21,129 nucleotides of DNA from Elusimicrobiota bacterium (lineage in GTDB: Bacteria > Elusimicrobiota > Elusimicrobia > UBA1565), in assembly GCA_043827405.1 (NCBI GenBank), contig JBDRPD010000082.1:1-21129 (forward strand). The letters are read 5' to 3'. The position numbers were made by a program, and so were the translations under genes. Of this stretch, positions 5,983 through 15,500 are shown in pieces. Positions within the stretch are counted from its first letter, which is position 1; each line of letters begins with the position of its first letter. The notes under the pieces are model-generated. The model had not been told where the DNA came from. It did not search any database and worked only from the letters and a program-made list of their open reading frames with translations.

Positions 5983-7905
5983 ATGGAAGAATCGCGAAAC
6001 CGGGGACGTCTTTCCCTAAAACTTCTTCTTTGGTTCCTGTTGATTTCGCTGGTGCCCGTCGGCGTCATGGGCTGGCATCTCATCAACACGTCCCTGAACG
6101 TGCTCAAGGATGTCTCCATCCGCAACCAGCGGGCGATGGCTCAACGCTTCGCCGAAAACGCAAACGCTACGCTGGCGGGGTTCAAGGAAGCGCTGCGCGA
6201 GACCGTCCGTCTCGGCGAGTTCGCCGATACGACGCCGGAGACCCGGGAACGCTACCTCGAGCGGGTCATGCAGCTCCAGCCGGCCTTTCTGGAGCTTTCG
6301 GTGGTCAATATATTCGGGCAGGAGCAAATCCGCATCGGCCGCTTCCAGGCGGAGAAGCTCGAAACCCGGAACTTTTACGACTCCCCGGCGTTCCAGACCG
6401 CGATCAAGCGCGAGGAGTATCTGGGCGGCCTGGAGCGCCTCAAGGGGCTGTATCCCGCCATGACGATCTCCGTGCCCATTATGGAAACCACGGGCATCTC
6501 CACCACATCCGCCAAAGCCGCCTCCCTCTCCACCGCCCCCGTCAAAGGCGTACTGATGGGAAAAGTCAGCCTGGCGGGGCTGACCAACATGCTGCAAAAA
6601 GAGCTGTCAATAACAGACAAGCGCGAAGCGGTCATCGCGGCGCCGGACGGCTTCATCGTCTCGCACTCCGACCCGGACAAAGTCTACCGCCTAAACGCCA
6701 TGCTGCCGGAGAATGTGCTCAAAGCGCTGGCGGAACGCACCGCGGACATCGGCGGCGGCGAGATTTCCCTGGAGAAGGGGAAGAGCGTTCTCGGCGGCTA
6801 CGCGGCGGTAGAAGGAACCGGCTGGTTCGTCTACGTGCAGCAGCCGCTGGAGAGCGCCTACCATGCGGCGAGCCGCATGCGGCGGCAGATTCTGCGGATT
6901 CTGCTCTGGGTGATCCTGATCACCGTCCTGCTGTCTTTGGCCATCGCCGCCCACATCACGCTGCCCATCCGCGAGCTCACCCAGTCCGCCGAACAGATCG
7001 CGGTCGGCCGCTTCGAGGACCTGCCGGAGCTGACCCTGACCAACGACGAGATCGGCGACCTCGGCCAATCCTTTCTCAAGATGACCAAGGCCCTGCACGG
7101 AAAAACCGATGAGCTGGTCGGCGCCAAGCAGGCGCTGGAGAAGCTCAAGAGCACGCTCGAAACGCGGGTGCGGGCGCGCACGCGCGAGCTCGACGCCGCG
7201 CAGGACGAGCTCGTCACCAAGGAGCGGTTGGCGGCCATGGGCCAGATGGCGTCGGTGGTCGGCCACGAGATCCGCAACCCGCTGGCGGTCATCAATAACT
7301 CAATCTTCTTCATTAAGACCAAGCTCGGCAAAGCCGGCCGGATCACGCCGCAGCTGGAGCGCCACGTAAAAATGATCGAATCGGAAATCCAGCAGGCCAA
7401 CGTCATCATCAACGAGATATTGACCTATTCCCGCTCCCGCGAGCTGGTGCTTAAGGAGCTCTCTCTGAACAAGTTCATCGCCGATGTGCTCGCCGTCTAT
7501 CCTTTCCCGGGACATATCGAGGTCCGCAAAGAGCTGGACGCGCGGGACGCGGCGATCAAGATCGATCCGGACGAGATGCGCCAGGCGATGCGCAACCTGA
7601 TCGGCAACGGCGTCGAGGTCATGCCGGAACGCGGGACGCTCACCGTCCGCACCAAGGTTCTCGACGAGCAGTGGACACAGGTCGACATTCAGGACACCGG
7701 GACCGGCATCTCCCCGGACGTCCTCAACAAGATGTTCTCCCCCTTCTACACGACGAAGGCCCGGGGCACCGGGCTCGGGCTCGCGGTGGTCAAAAAGGCG
7801 ATGGGACGCATGGGCGGAAAAGTGGAGGCGTTCAGTGAAGTGGGCAAGGGAACGCTGTTTCGCCTCTACATCCCGCGGCAGCCCGAGGCGAACCGGACGC
7901 CGTAG
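5983..7905 (+). CDS. Membrane sensor histidine kinase (TM, Cache-like sensor, TM, HAMP, HisKA, HATPase; NtrB/AtoS-like)
   Basis: Two TM helices; HAMP (ITLPIREL...DEIGDLGQSF); H-box VGHEIRNPL; N-box NLIGNG; DTGTGI, FSPFYTTK and GTGLGL. Confidence 0.95.
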   Translation: MEESRNRGRLSLKLLLWFLLISLVPVGVMGWHLINTSLNVLKDVSIRNQRAMAQRFAENANATLAGFKEALRETVRLGEFADTTPETRERYLERVMQLQPAFLELSVVNIFGQEQIRIGRFQAEKLETRNFYDSPAFQTAIKREEYLGGLERLKGLYPAMTISVPIMETTGISTTSAKAASLSTAPVKGVLMGKVSLAGLTNMLQKELSITDKREAVIAAPDGFIVSHSDPDKVYRLNAMLPENVLKALAERTADIGGGEISLEKGKSVLGGYAAVEGTGWFVYVQQPLESAYHAASRMRRQILRILLWVILITVLLSLAIAAHITLPIRELTQSAEQIAVGRFEDLPELTLTNDEIGDLGQSFLKMTKALHGKTDELVGAKQALEKLKSTLETRVRARTRELDAAQDELVTKERLAAMGQMASVVGHEIRNPLAVINNSIFFIKTKLGKAGRITPQLERHVKMIESEIQQANVIINEILTYSRSRELVLKELSLNKFIADVLAVYPFPGHIEVRKELDARDAAIKIDPDEMRQAMRNLIGNGVEVMPERGTLTVRTKVLDEQWTQVDIQDTGTGISPDVLNKMFSPFYTTKARGTGLGLAVVKKAMGRMGGKVEAFSEVGKGTLFRLYIPRQPEANRTP

Positions 7906-7912
7906 GAGGAGC

Positions 7913-8290
7913 CTAGGCCGGCTTCCGGTCGATGGCCGCCCGGACGCGTTCCAGCAGATTTTCCGTCTCGAAAGGCTTCATGATATAGTCCGCGGCCCCG
8001 GCGGCCAGCGCCTGATCTCTTTCTTTACTGCTGCGCTTTACCGTCAGCATAATGACCGGGACATCACCGACCTGCTCGGACGCGCGCAGCGACTCAACAA
8101 ACTGCAGCCCGTCCATAACCGGCATCACCCAGTCCGCCAGCACGAGCGCGGGCTTGGACTCCAGGATCAGGTTGAGGCCGGTTACTCCATCGCCGGCCAA
8201 GCGAACTTCATAGCCGGCCTTCTCAAGGATATCCTTGATGGTTAGACGGAAATCTTCATCATCGTCGATGACGACAATTCTATCACCCAT
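7913..8290 (-). CDS. Single-domain response regulator (receiver only)
   Basis: IVVIDDD, phosphoacceptor in LVLADWVMPVMDG, IMLT and DYIMKPF; AGAGAGG SD upstream. Confidence 0.95.
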   Translation of the reverse strand: MGDRIVVIDDDEDFRLTIKDILEKAGYEVRLAGDGVTGLNLILESKPALVLADWVMPVMDGLQFVESLRASEQVGDVPVIMLTVKRSSKERDQALAAGAADYIMKPFETENLLERVRAAIDRKPA

Positions 8291-8422
8291 AAACCTCTCT
8301 TGACGCGTTCTATCTACGCGCGACCGTACGCTTCAGCGGGGGGATGTGACTCAAGTCTGTAACCCAGGTCACACCGTAAGTATGCCCCGAAAACCGCAGA
8401 TTTTCAATGGTTTTATCAGCCT

Positions 8423-10060
8423 CTAAAATGCGGCGCGAAAGCTGAGTCGCCTATGCGCGATATCCGCTCGCAGGCGCCGGAGAAATTCATCATCCGGGAA
8501 GCGCTCCAGCCCGCGCCGCTGCCAGTCCAGGGCTTCGTCGAAACGGCCGGACCGGGCGAAGTGATAGGCCATAATCCGGTAGGAATAGGCGTCCTGAGGA
8601 TCGAGCTCGGCGGCGCGCGTGAAGTCGGCCGCGGCGCGAAACATATCTCCTGTTTTCAAGTGCGTACGGCCGAGCCAGCGATGCAGGCTCGGGGATTCCC
8701 ATTTGAGCGCGCCCCCCGCCATAGGCTCATAATGCGCCAGCAGCCGGTCCGTTCGCTCCCGCCGCAGCGCCGCCGCCTCCGTGAACTCCGCCAGCGCCAA
8801 GGCATAGCGCCCGCCGCGGTAGTACGACTCGCCCAGGCCTTCCCGCGCCTTCGCCGACCAGGGATAGATGCGAACCAAACCGCCCCACAAACGAGCCCCT
8901 TCGCACCATTCCCGTCCGCGCGCCCCGGCCGATCCGGCCCATACCAGCAGCAGCAGCGCCGCCAGGCGCGGACGCTTGACCAGGAACCAGGCCGCGACGA
9001 CCGCCAAGCCGATGTAGGGAAGATAGAGCCAGCGCTCCGCCATATAGCGCGTACTCAGGAGATTGAAGGGCAGCAGATTCGACGTGATCCCCAAAAAGAC
9101 GAGCGGCCACACCGCCCACGCGAGAACGGCGCGCTCTTCCCGCAGCCGGCGCCACAACAGCACCGCCGCGAAGACGACGCATGCCCCGCCGAAAAGCCAG
9201 CCCAACACTTCCAGGGGCGACTGCGCCGGCAGGGCGAAATAATCGATGCGCAGAGCGGCCGGCAAAACAAAAATACGCACCGCCGTCACCACACCCTGCA
9301 GCCCGTAGTACAGGCGCTCGGCCAGCGGCAGGGAAACCCCGGCCTCCGCGCCCGGTCCTTTGAGCGCGATGAAACGGACCCCGGCGTAGACCGCCGTCAC
9401 CGCGGCATAAACGGCATAGGCGCGCCGCCGCTCCCACAACCGCGCGCTGCCGCCCCAAAAGTAATCGCCCGCCGCGGCCAGCACAATTCCCAAGGCGCCG
9501 GTTTCCTTGGCCAGCATGGCGCAAACGCCGCCGGCCGCCGCCGCCGAGGTATTCCCCCGGCGATGCGCCCAGGCGAAAACAAGCAGGCCGCAGGCGGCCA
9601 GCAGCTCCTCATTGAAGGTCACGCACATGAGCGTCTCGACATGCGCCGGATGCAGCAGAAACAGCGCGGCGGCCAGCGCCCCCGCCCGCGGCGGCAGCCG
9701 GAACGCCCGCAGCGCGCCGAACAGCAGCAGCGCGTTGAGCAAGTGCAGGGCGAGGCCGACCGACCGCATCAGTCCCGGCGACTCGCCGAAAGCCCGCAGC
9801 TGCAGCACATAGCTGAGAGTCGCCAACGGACGCCATGACGCCTCCTGCGAGAGCTCGAAGTAGCTTCGGGTCAGGAAGTCCGCCGGCCGCACCGGCTGTT
9901 CAAGCGCGGCATTGTCCGCGAGAAAGACGAGATCGTCCCAGACGAAGGGCGCGTCCAGACAGGGGATATAGACGAGCAGGCACAAGAGAGCGCCGAATAC
10001 CAGCACCCCGATATAGCGGCGGCGGGCGGCGGCGAAAAACATCTTAAATCGGCTTCCCAT
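8423..10060 (-). CDS. TMTC-like GT-C membrane glycosyltransferase with C-terminal TPR repeats
   Basis: PFVWDD, WRPLATLSY, LHPAHVET, LAKETG and AERWLYLP are typical of bacterial homologues of TMTC O-mannosyltransferases. About 10 TM helices, then TPR-like helices. Start uncertain (10084, 10060 or 10042). Confidence 0.82.
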   Translation of the reverse strand: MGSRFKMFFAAARRRYIGVLVFGALLCLLVYIPCLDAPFVWDDLVFLADNAALEQPVRPADFLTRSYFELSQEASWRPLATLSYVLQLRAFGESPGLMRSVGLALHLLNALLLFGALRAFRLPPRAGALAAALFLLHPAHVETLMCVTFNEELLAACGLLVFAWAHRRGNTSAAAAGGVCAMLAKETGALGIVLAAAGDYFWGGSARLWERRRAYAVYAAVTAVYAGVRFIALKGPGAEAGVSLPLAERLYYGLQGVVTAVRIFVLPAALRIDYFALPAQSPLEVLGWLFGGACVVFAAVLLWRRLREERAVLAWAVWPLVFLGITSNLLPFNLLSTRYMAERWLYLPYIGLAVVAAWFLVKRPRLAALLLLVWAGSAGARGREWCEGARLWGGLVRIYPWSAKAREGLGESYYRGGRYALALAEFTEAAALRRERTDRLLAHYEPMAGGALKWESPSLHRWLGRTHLKTGDMFRAAADFTRAAELDPQDAYSYRIMAYHFARSGRFDEALDWQRRGLERFPDDEFLRRLRADIAHRRLSFRAAF

Positions 10061-10136
10061 TGCTGCGCTGTGGAATGATAACATAGTCGGGCATTCCCGC
10101 CTGATTGCGGAATAGCCTATTTTCTACAATGCAGAC

Positions 10137-10610
10137 ATGAGCCGTCCGCGACCGAACGAAGGCTTCACGCTCATCGAGATGCTGGTCGTCGTGATCATCA
10201 TCGCGACTTTGGCCTCGATCAGCACCCCGCAGTATTTCAAGGTCGTCGAAAGCGCCCGCATCTCGGAAGCCAGCTTCCTGCTGTCCACCATCCGCAACGG
10301 CCAGGAAGGCGTCCTCGCCAGCGCGGGCGCATACATGCACAGCAATGCCGAACTGCCCGCCCTTGACGTCGAGCTGCCGGGCGAGGATCCGACCTACGGC
10401 ATGAAGTACTTCTTCATGGTCGTCGGCGAAGGCTCGCCGGACGGCTGTCCGCCCAACGGCGCGTACTACAACATAGCTTTCATCCGTTATGGGGAAAACG
10501 CCAAGGTCATGCGCCGCTACTTCGAAAACTACATGATGGTCTACGAGCGCTGCACCAACCAGATCACATTTCCCGGCTGCCCGAACTGCGCCAACGATTT
10601 CAAACGCTGA
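10137..10610 (+). CDS. Type IV pilin-like protein (prepilin N-terminal methylation domain, PilE-like)
   Basis: G|FTLIEMLVVVIIIATLASISTPQY..VVESARISEA class III signal with Glu5; four Cys in the C-terminal half. Confidence 0.92.
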   Translation: MSRPRPNEGFTLIEMLVVVIIIATLASISTPQYFKVVESARISEASFLLSTIRNGQEGVLASAGAYMHSNAELPALDVELPGEDPTYGMKYFFMVVGEGSPDGCPPNGAYYNIAFIRYGENAKVMRRYFENYMMVYERCTNQITFPGCPNCANDFKR

Positions 10611-10613
10611 GCT

Positions 10614-11267
10614 ATGCTGAAATACCTCATCATCGTCGGAGCCCTCATGATCGGCGGCGGCGTCTGGTATGCCCAGCACAGCAGCGGGGTTATCGAACAG
10701 CCGGCACCGCCTCCTCCTCCTCCTCCTCCGCCGCCGCCGCCGCCGCCGCCGCCTCAGCTGTCGCCGGAGCAGGTCGACGAAGTCCGCACCAAGCTTTTCG
10801 ACGCCGACCGCGAGGTGCGCCTGGCCGCCTTGGAGAAAATAGCGAAATTCGTCGGCCGCGATGCCGACGCGCTGCTCACCCAGCAGCTGAAGATCGATTC
10901 GGACGCCGATATTCGCATCCGCATCCTGCGCCTCCTGGAAAAGCGCGGACCGGAGGACGCGCCGCGGCTGATCTATCCGGCCCTGCGCGACACCGAGAGC
11001 AATGTGCGCGTCGCGGCGATCACCTCGCTGAAAAACATTTACGCCTACTCCTCAGGCAACGCCCTCACCCAGATGCTCTACGATGTGGATGAGGGCGTCA
11101 AGCGCGCCGCGCTAGATGCCCTAAACCACTTCGCCGAGCGCAAAATCTCCCGGCGGCAAACCACGCGCAGCTACCAGCTTCCCCCTGACTTCGCATCGCT
11201 CTACATGAAGGCGATGGCCAATGCCTACGGGCACAAAGAAGCGCCGGCGCCGGAACCGGCGCGATAA
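10614..11267 (+). CDS. Membrane-anchored HEAT-repeat protein with polyproline linker
   Basis: N-terminal TM helix, 16 consecutive Pro, then four HEAT-like units (LFDADREVRLAAL, DSDADIRIRIL, LRDTESNVRVAAI, LYDVDEGVKRAAL). Starts 3 nt after the pilin stop. Confidence 0.85.
   Translation: MLKYLIIVGALMIGGGVWYAQHSSGVIEQPAPPPPPPPPPPPPPPPPQLSPEQVDEVRTKLFDADREVRLAALEKIAKFVGRDADALLTQQLKIDSDADIRIRILRLLEKRGPEDAPRLIYPALRDTESNVRVAAITSLKNIYAYSSGNALTQMLYDVDEGVKRAALDALNHFAERKISRRQTTRSYQLPPDFASLYMKAMANAYGHKEAPAPEPAR
10707..10754 (+). repeat. Trinucleotide tract CCG(CCT)6(CCG)8CCT encoding Pro16
   Basis: Read directly from the sequence. Confidence 0.95.
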
Positions 11268-12422
11268 TCAGGCGAGAGACCGCGAACGGCTGTTAAACAG
11301 CCCGGTCAGCCGTACGGATTCCGCGGCGAGGCGGCTGCGCTTAAGCATCGCCAGCATTTCCTCGGAAGCGGCGATACGCAGGGCGGCGAGCTTGTTCATC
11401 AGCAGGCTCCCGGGGCAGGAGGTCGCCGTATGGTGGGCATGTCCCTCGAGCGCGCCGCTCTTTTTGGGATCGACCCGATACTTGACCGCCAGATAGGCGA
11501 CCAGGCGCTTGAGGCTTTCCATTTGATCCGGCGTGGGATCCTTCTTCATGAAGTTCCCCATTAAAGCGATCCCCAGGTTGCCGCGATTGGCCCCATGCGC
11601 ATGCGCGCCCAGCATATTGGACGGGCGGCCCTGAACCACCCGGCCGTCGCCGGCGATCAGAAAGTGGTAGCCGATATCCTGGAAGGCCTGCTTGCCCTCC
11701 AGCGCCCGGCCGACCATATGATAGTGCTGAATATTGCGCGCCGTCTGCGCGGTATTCTGCTCGCCGTGGGGAGTATTTCCCTCCGTATGATGCACCGTCA
11801 TCCGCACCGGCGTCGTGGGAGAGGCTTCTCCTTTGCGCTTTTTGGCGCCCCAACCGAGACGGTCCAGCACCCCGTAGGCCTTGTCGTAAGCTTCCTGCTG
11901 GAAGCGCTCATAGGCCTCCATGACCACCGGGCCGCCCGGGATCACATTGGCCAGCGCCCGCTTCTCCCGCAGCTGGCTTTTGGCGAGCGCCAGAGGAACG
12001 TCGCTCGTCTTAAGCCCCCCGCCCGAACCAAGACCCGCAGAGGAATACGCGGTCTTGGTGAGGCCGTCGAAGCACTTGCGGCCGCCGCCGCCGGCAAAGA
12101 CGGGCGTCGAGGACTTCGCCCGTACCTGACCGAACGACTTGGCCCCGTCGAACAGCCGGCTCTGCGCCTGAGCGGACGACTCCCCGACGCCGCCGATGGA
12201 ACCCTTGGAGGATGCTCCCGGCGCATCGACGCAGTACTCGTCCCCCATCTTCGAATAGGCCGCACTGTAGCTGTCCGCGCTCTGCTTGCGGGCGGACGAC
12301 TGCCGCGGCGCCGGAGAGGAATCCGACGTGTTGGCAGCATCCTCATCACAGTTGCAGGCCGTCGACATGGAGACCGCGAGGGCGAGGGCAAGCAGGCGGT
12401 TGAAGGCAGGCGGCGTTCGCAT
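11268..12422 (-). CDS. Exported N-acetylmuramoyl-L-alanine amidase (Amidase_2/PGRP-like) with a low-complexity N-terminal region
   Basis: TVHHTEG, IQHYHM, DIGYHFLI, GR...GAHAHGAN, GIALMGNF and GH...TSCPG zinc-amidase motifs; signal peptide ending STAC (possible lipoprotein). Confidence 0.9.
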   Translation of the reverse strand: MRTPPAFNRLLALALAVSMSTACNCDEDAANTSDSSPAPRQSSARKQSADSYSAAYSKMGDEYCVDAPGASSKGSIGGVGESSAQAQSRLFDGAKSFGQVRAKSSTPVFAGGGGRKCFDGLTKTAYSSAGLGSGGGLKTSDVPLALAKSQLREKRALANVIPGGPVVMEAYERFQQEAYDKAYGVLDRLGWGAKKRKGEASPTTPVRMTVHHTEGNTPHGEQNTAQTARNIQHYHMVGRALEGKQAFQDIGYHFLIAGDGRVVQGRPSNMLGAHAHGANRGNLGIALMGNFMKKDPTPDQMESLKRLVAYLAVKYRVDPKKSGALEGHAHHTATSCPGSLLMNKLAALRIAASEEMLAMLKRSRLAAESVRLTGLFNSRSRSLA

Positions 12423-12457
12423 GACGCCATAGTGTGGGCCGGGAGGCGCAACTTTTT

Positions 12458-12491
12458 AAGGGCCTATGGGTCTCATGACAAATAGGCCCTT
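12458..12491. repeat. Perfect 10-bp inverted repeat in a divergent promoter region
   Basis: AAGGGCCTAT (12458-12467), 14 bp, ATAGGCCCTT (12482-12491). Confidence 0.8.
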
Positions 12492-12599
12492 GGTCCTATG
12501 CGACAGCCGACCGGACGCCTCATAAAAAAGCCTTATTAACAAATAGTTTCCCCCCCCTGGCGAAGCCTTTATCGCTCTGCTACCATTTAGCGAATAGGC

Positions 12600-15500
12600 A
12601 TGGATCCCGCCAAAAAAATAAGCCAGGATGTCGAGTCCATAAACAATCTCGACGCCGCGAAGATGACGCTGCGCTGGTCGCTCGGCCGCCTGCGCCTGAT
12701 CGAGGAGCGCAATAAGGCTCTCGAGACCGAGGTCGACAAGGCCCAGTCGGCGCTGCTCGCCCAGAGCAAGGCTTCCAACAACGAGCAGACCTCGGTGCTC
12801 GACCGCAAGGATTACTACCAGAAGCTGGAAAGCCTGCTCTCCGACTACTGCAAAGGGACGCTCGACCTGCAGTCCCTCCTCGGGCGCGAAGCCGACATAG
12901 AGAAGCAGGAGAAAGACCTGCTGAAGAACCGCGGCGACTTTGAGCGCGAGATCGCGGAGCGCAAGGACGCCCTCGAGCGCCGCTTCAAGAAGCTCCAAGC
13001 CGAGATTGAAATTCAGGCCGAGCGCCAGACGGAGAACATCGAGAGCATCCTCGAAGACCGCAAGAAGCAGCTCGACAAAGCCTACCTCGACCGCGAGCTG
13101 GCGATCCGCTCGACCGACCACCAGCTGGAGCTGCGCGAACAGGCGATCACGGACCTCGACCGGCGGCGCGACGAGCTCCAGGAGGAGCGCAAACACGCGC
13201 TGGAATCCCGTATCGGACAGTGGGAGGTCGAGCTTCAAGAACAGAAGGCGCTGGACAAACGGCAGGCGGAAGCCGAGCGCAAAACCCTGACCGAGCAGGC
13301 GAAGCAATGGGAAGGGCAGGCGCGCCGCTACCTCATGAAGATCGAGGAGCTGGAAGCCGGCAAAGCCCAGCTGCAGGAGCGGGAGCTGGCCCTGACGCTG
13401 GAGACCGAAAAGCGCATCGAAGCGCTGAAAAGCGAGCATGAGGCCAAGAGCCGCCACCTTTCCGCCCTGTTCGAGGACCGGCGCAAGGAGCTGGAGGGCG
13501 TCGAGCATGAGCTGCGCAAGCAGAGCGCGGCCAAGTCGGTCGAGCTTAAGCAGCAGGTCGCCGACGCGGAAACGCGCATCCGGCTCCTGGCCGACAACCT
13601 GGAGCGCTCCAACAACGCCGTCGACGACCTGCGCAAGCAGCTGGAAGACTCCAAAAACACCGCGCAAAGCTTTAACACCGCGGCCGAGGTCGAGCGGGCC
13701 AAGACCGAGAAGTGGCGGCAAGCCGCCGCCGAAGCCCGCTCCGAGGTCGAGAAGCTCAAGGAAGAGTTCTTCAAGAAGCAATCCGACAAGGACATAGAAC
13801 ATACCTCGCAGGAAGAAGCCTACCTCGATGATCTGCGCCGGAAAGAAGCCGAGCTGAAGGCGCACTGGGAGAAGCGAAACAAGCAGCTTGACGAGGACCG
13901 GCAGGTCTATCAAGCCAAGCTGGACGCCGAGCTCGCCGCCAAGGTCCGTGAGCTCAGCCAGGAGCACGGAAACCGCCTGCAGGCGGCGAGCGAAGAGAGC
14001 CGGGCGCAGATCGCCGCGCTCACCAAGCAGGTCAAGGACGCGGAGGCCAAGATCGGCATCTGGCAGGAAGCGACCTGGGACGCGCGGCGCGACACCGCCG
14101 CGCTCAAGGAGCGCCACCTGCGCGAGGACGCCAAGCTGGAGCACGAGCATACGGAGAAGCTCCAGGCCCTGCTCGGCGATTTCAAAGAACAGGAAGGCGC
14201 GCTCGAAGCGACGTTCAAGAGCAAGATCGAGGAAGTGCGCGCCAAGCACGCCGAGCGTGTCCGCGAGCTGGAAAGCCGCATCAACTCCCTCGAGGAGAAA
14301 AACGCGACCCTCGAGGACTCCGTGGACCGCACGCGCCAGAGCGCCGAACAGAAGGACGAGCGCGGCCGGGCGGCGGAGCAGCAGATCGAAGTGCTCAAGG
14401 AAAACCTCGCCGTCGAGCGCGGCCGGACGCAGGAGCTGCTCAAGGCCGCCGAGAAGATGCGCGCCGAAAACGCCGGCCGCATGTCCGAGCTGACGCACCG
14501 CGTCGAGGCGGAGATCCTCAAGCTCAAGAACGCCGAAGGCGCGCTGCAGGCGGAGAAAGAGAAAACGGCGGTGCTGGAACGCCAGCTGATCGAGTCCCGG
14601 GCCCGCATCCAGGCGCTGGAGGAAGCGGCGATTCACGAGCGCGAGCGGGCGGAGAATTTTAAAGGCGATACCGAGGCGGTTCGCGAGGACCTGCGCAGCG
14701 CCTACCGGGTAAGGACCGAGGAGCTCCGCACCCAGCACGCGGCGGAGACGGCCCGGCTCGAAAAAGAGATCGGCGCCCTCAAGCAGAAGCTGCAGAGCGG
14801 AGAGGTCACTTTGGCCGCGGAGCAGAACGCGGCCGCCGAGGCGCACAAGCTGCTGGCGGCCGCGCAGGACAAGCTGCGGGCGGTGGAAGACACGCTGGCC
14901 CAGGAGCGCGCCCGCGCCGAAGAGCAGCGCGCCGCCTCATCGCATGCCCGGCTGGAGCTGCGCGACGCGCATGCCGCGGAAAGCGAGAAGCTCGAGCAGG
15001 AGTTCGCCCAGCGCGAGACCGAGCTGCGCGGGACGATCGAATCGCAGGCGCAGAAGCTCAAAAACGAGGAGCACCGCAACCTGCACGCCGAGCGCGTGGG
15101 CGCCGAGCTGCGCAAGCGCCTCGCGGAAGCGGAAAAGCAGACCGGGGACCTGGAGCAGACGCTCGAGCAGTCCCGCGGCGACGCCGACAAGCTGCGGCGC
15201 GAGCTGACCCGCCGGCAGGAGGAGCTGGAGCTGGAGCGGCGCGCCGAGCGCGAAGCCCTGCACAGCGAGCACGCCGCGCTCATCGCCGAACTGCAAAAAC
15301 GCATCGAACAGGCCAACCAGATGATCGCCGGCCGGGACGAAGCGCTGGCGGTCGAGCGGCAGAAGACCCAGGACCTGGACAAGCGCCTGCTCGTCTTCGT
15401 CGATCGAACCCGCGAGCTGGAAGAAACGCTGGGGCAAGAGCGGGCCGCCGCCGAAAAAGCGCGCAAAGAGGCGGAGCGCACTCTGGCCGAGCTGCGCGGA

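Noticed and set aside
8453..9838. 461-aa plus-strand ORF, and similar shadows at 5847-7112, 4483-5418 and 11595-12485
   Set aside because: Arg/Pro/Gly-rich off-frame or antisense products of high-GC genes that already have well-supported calls.
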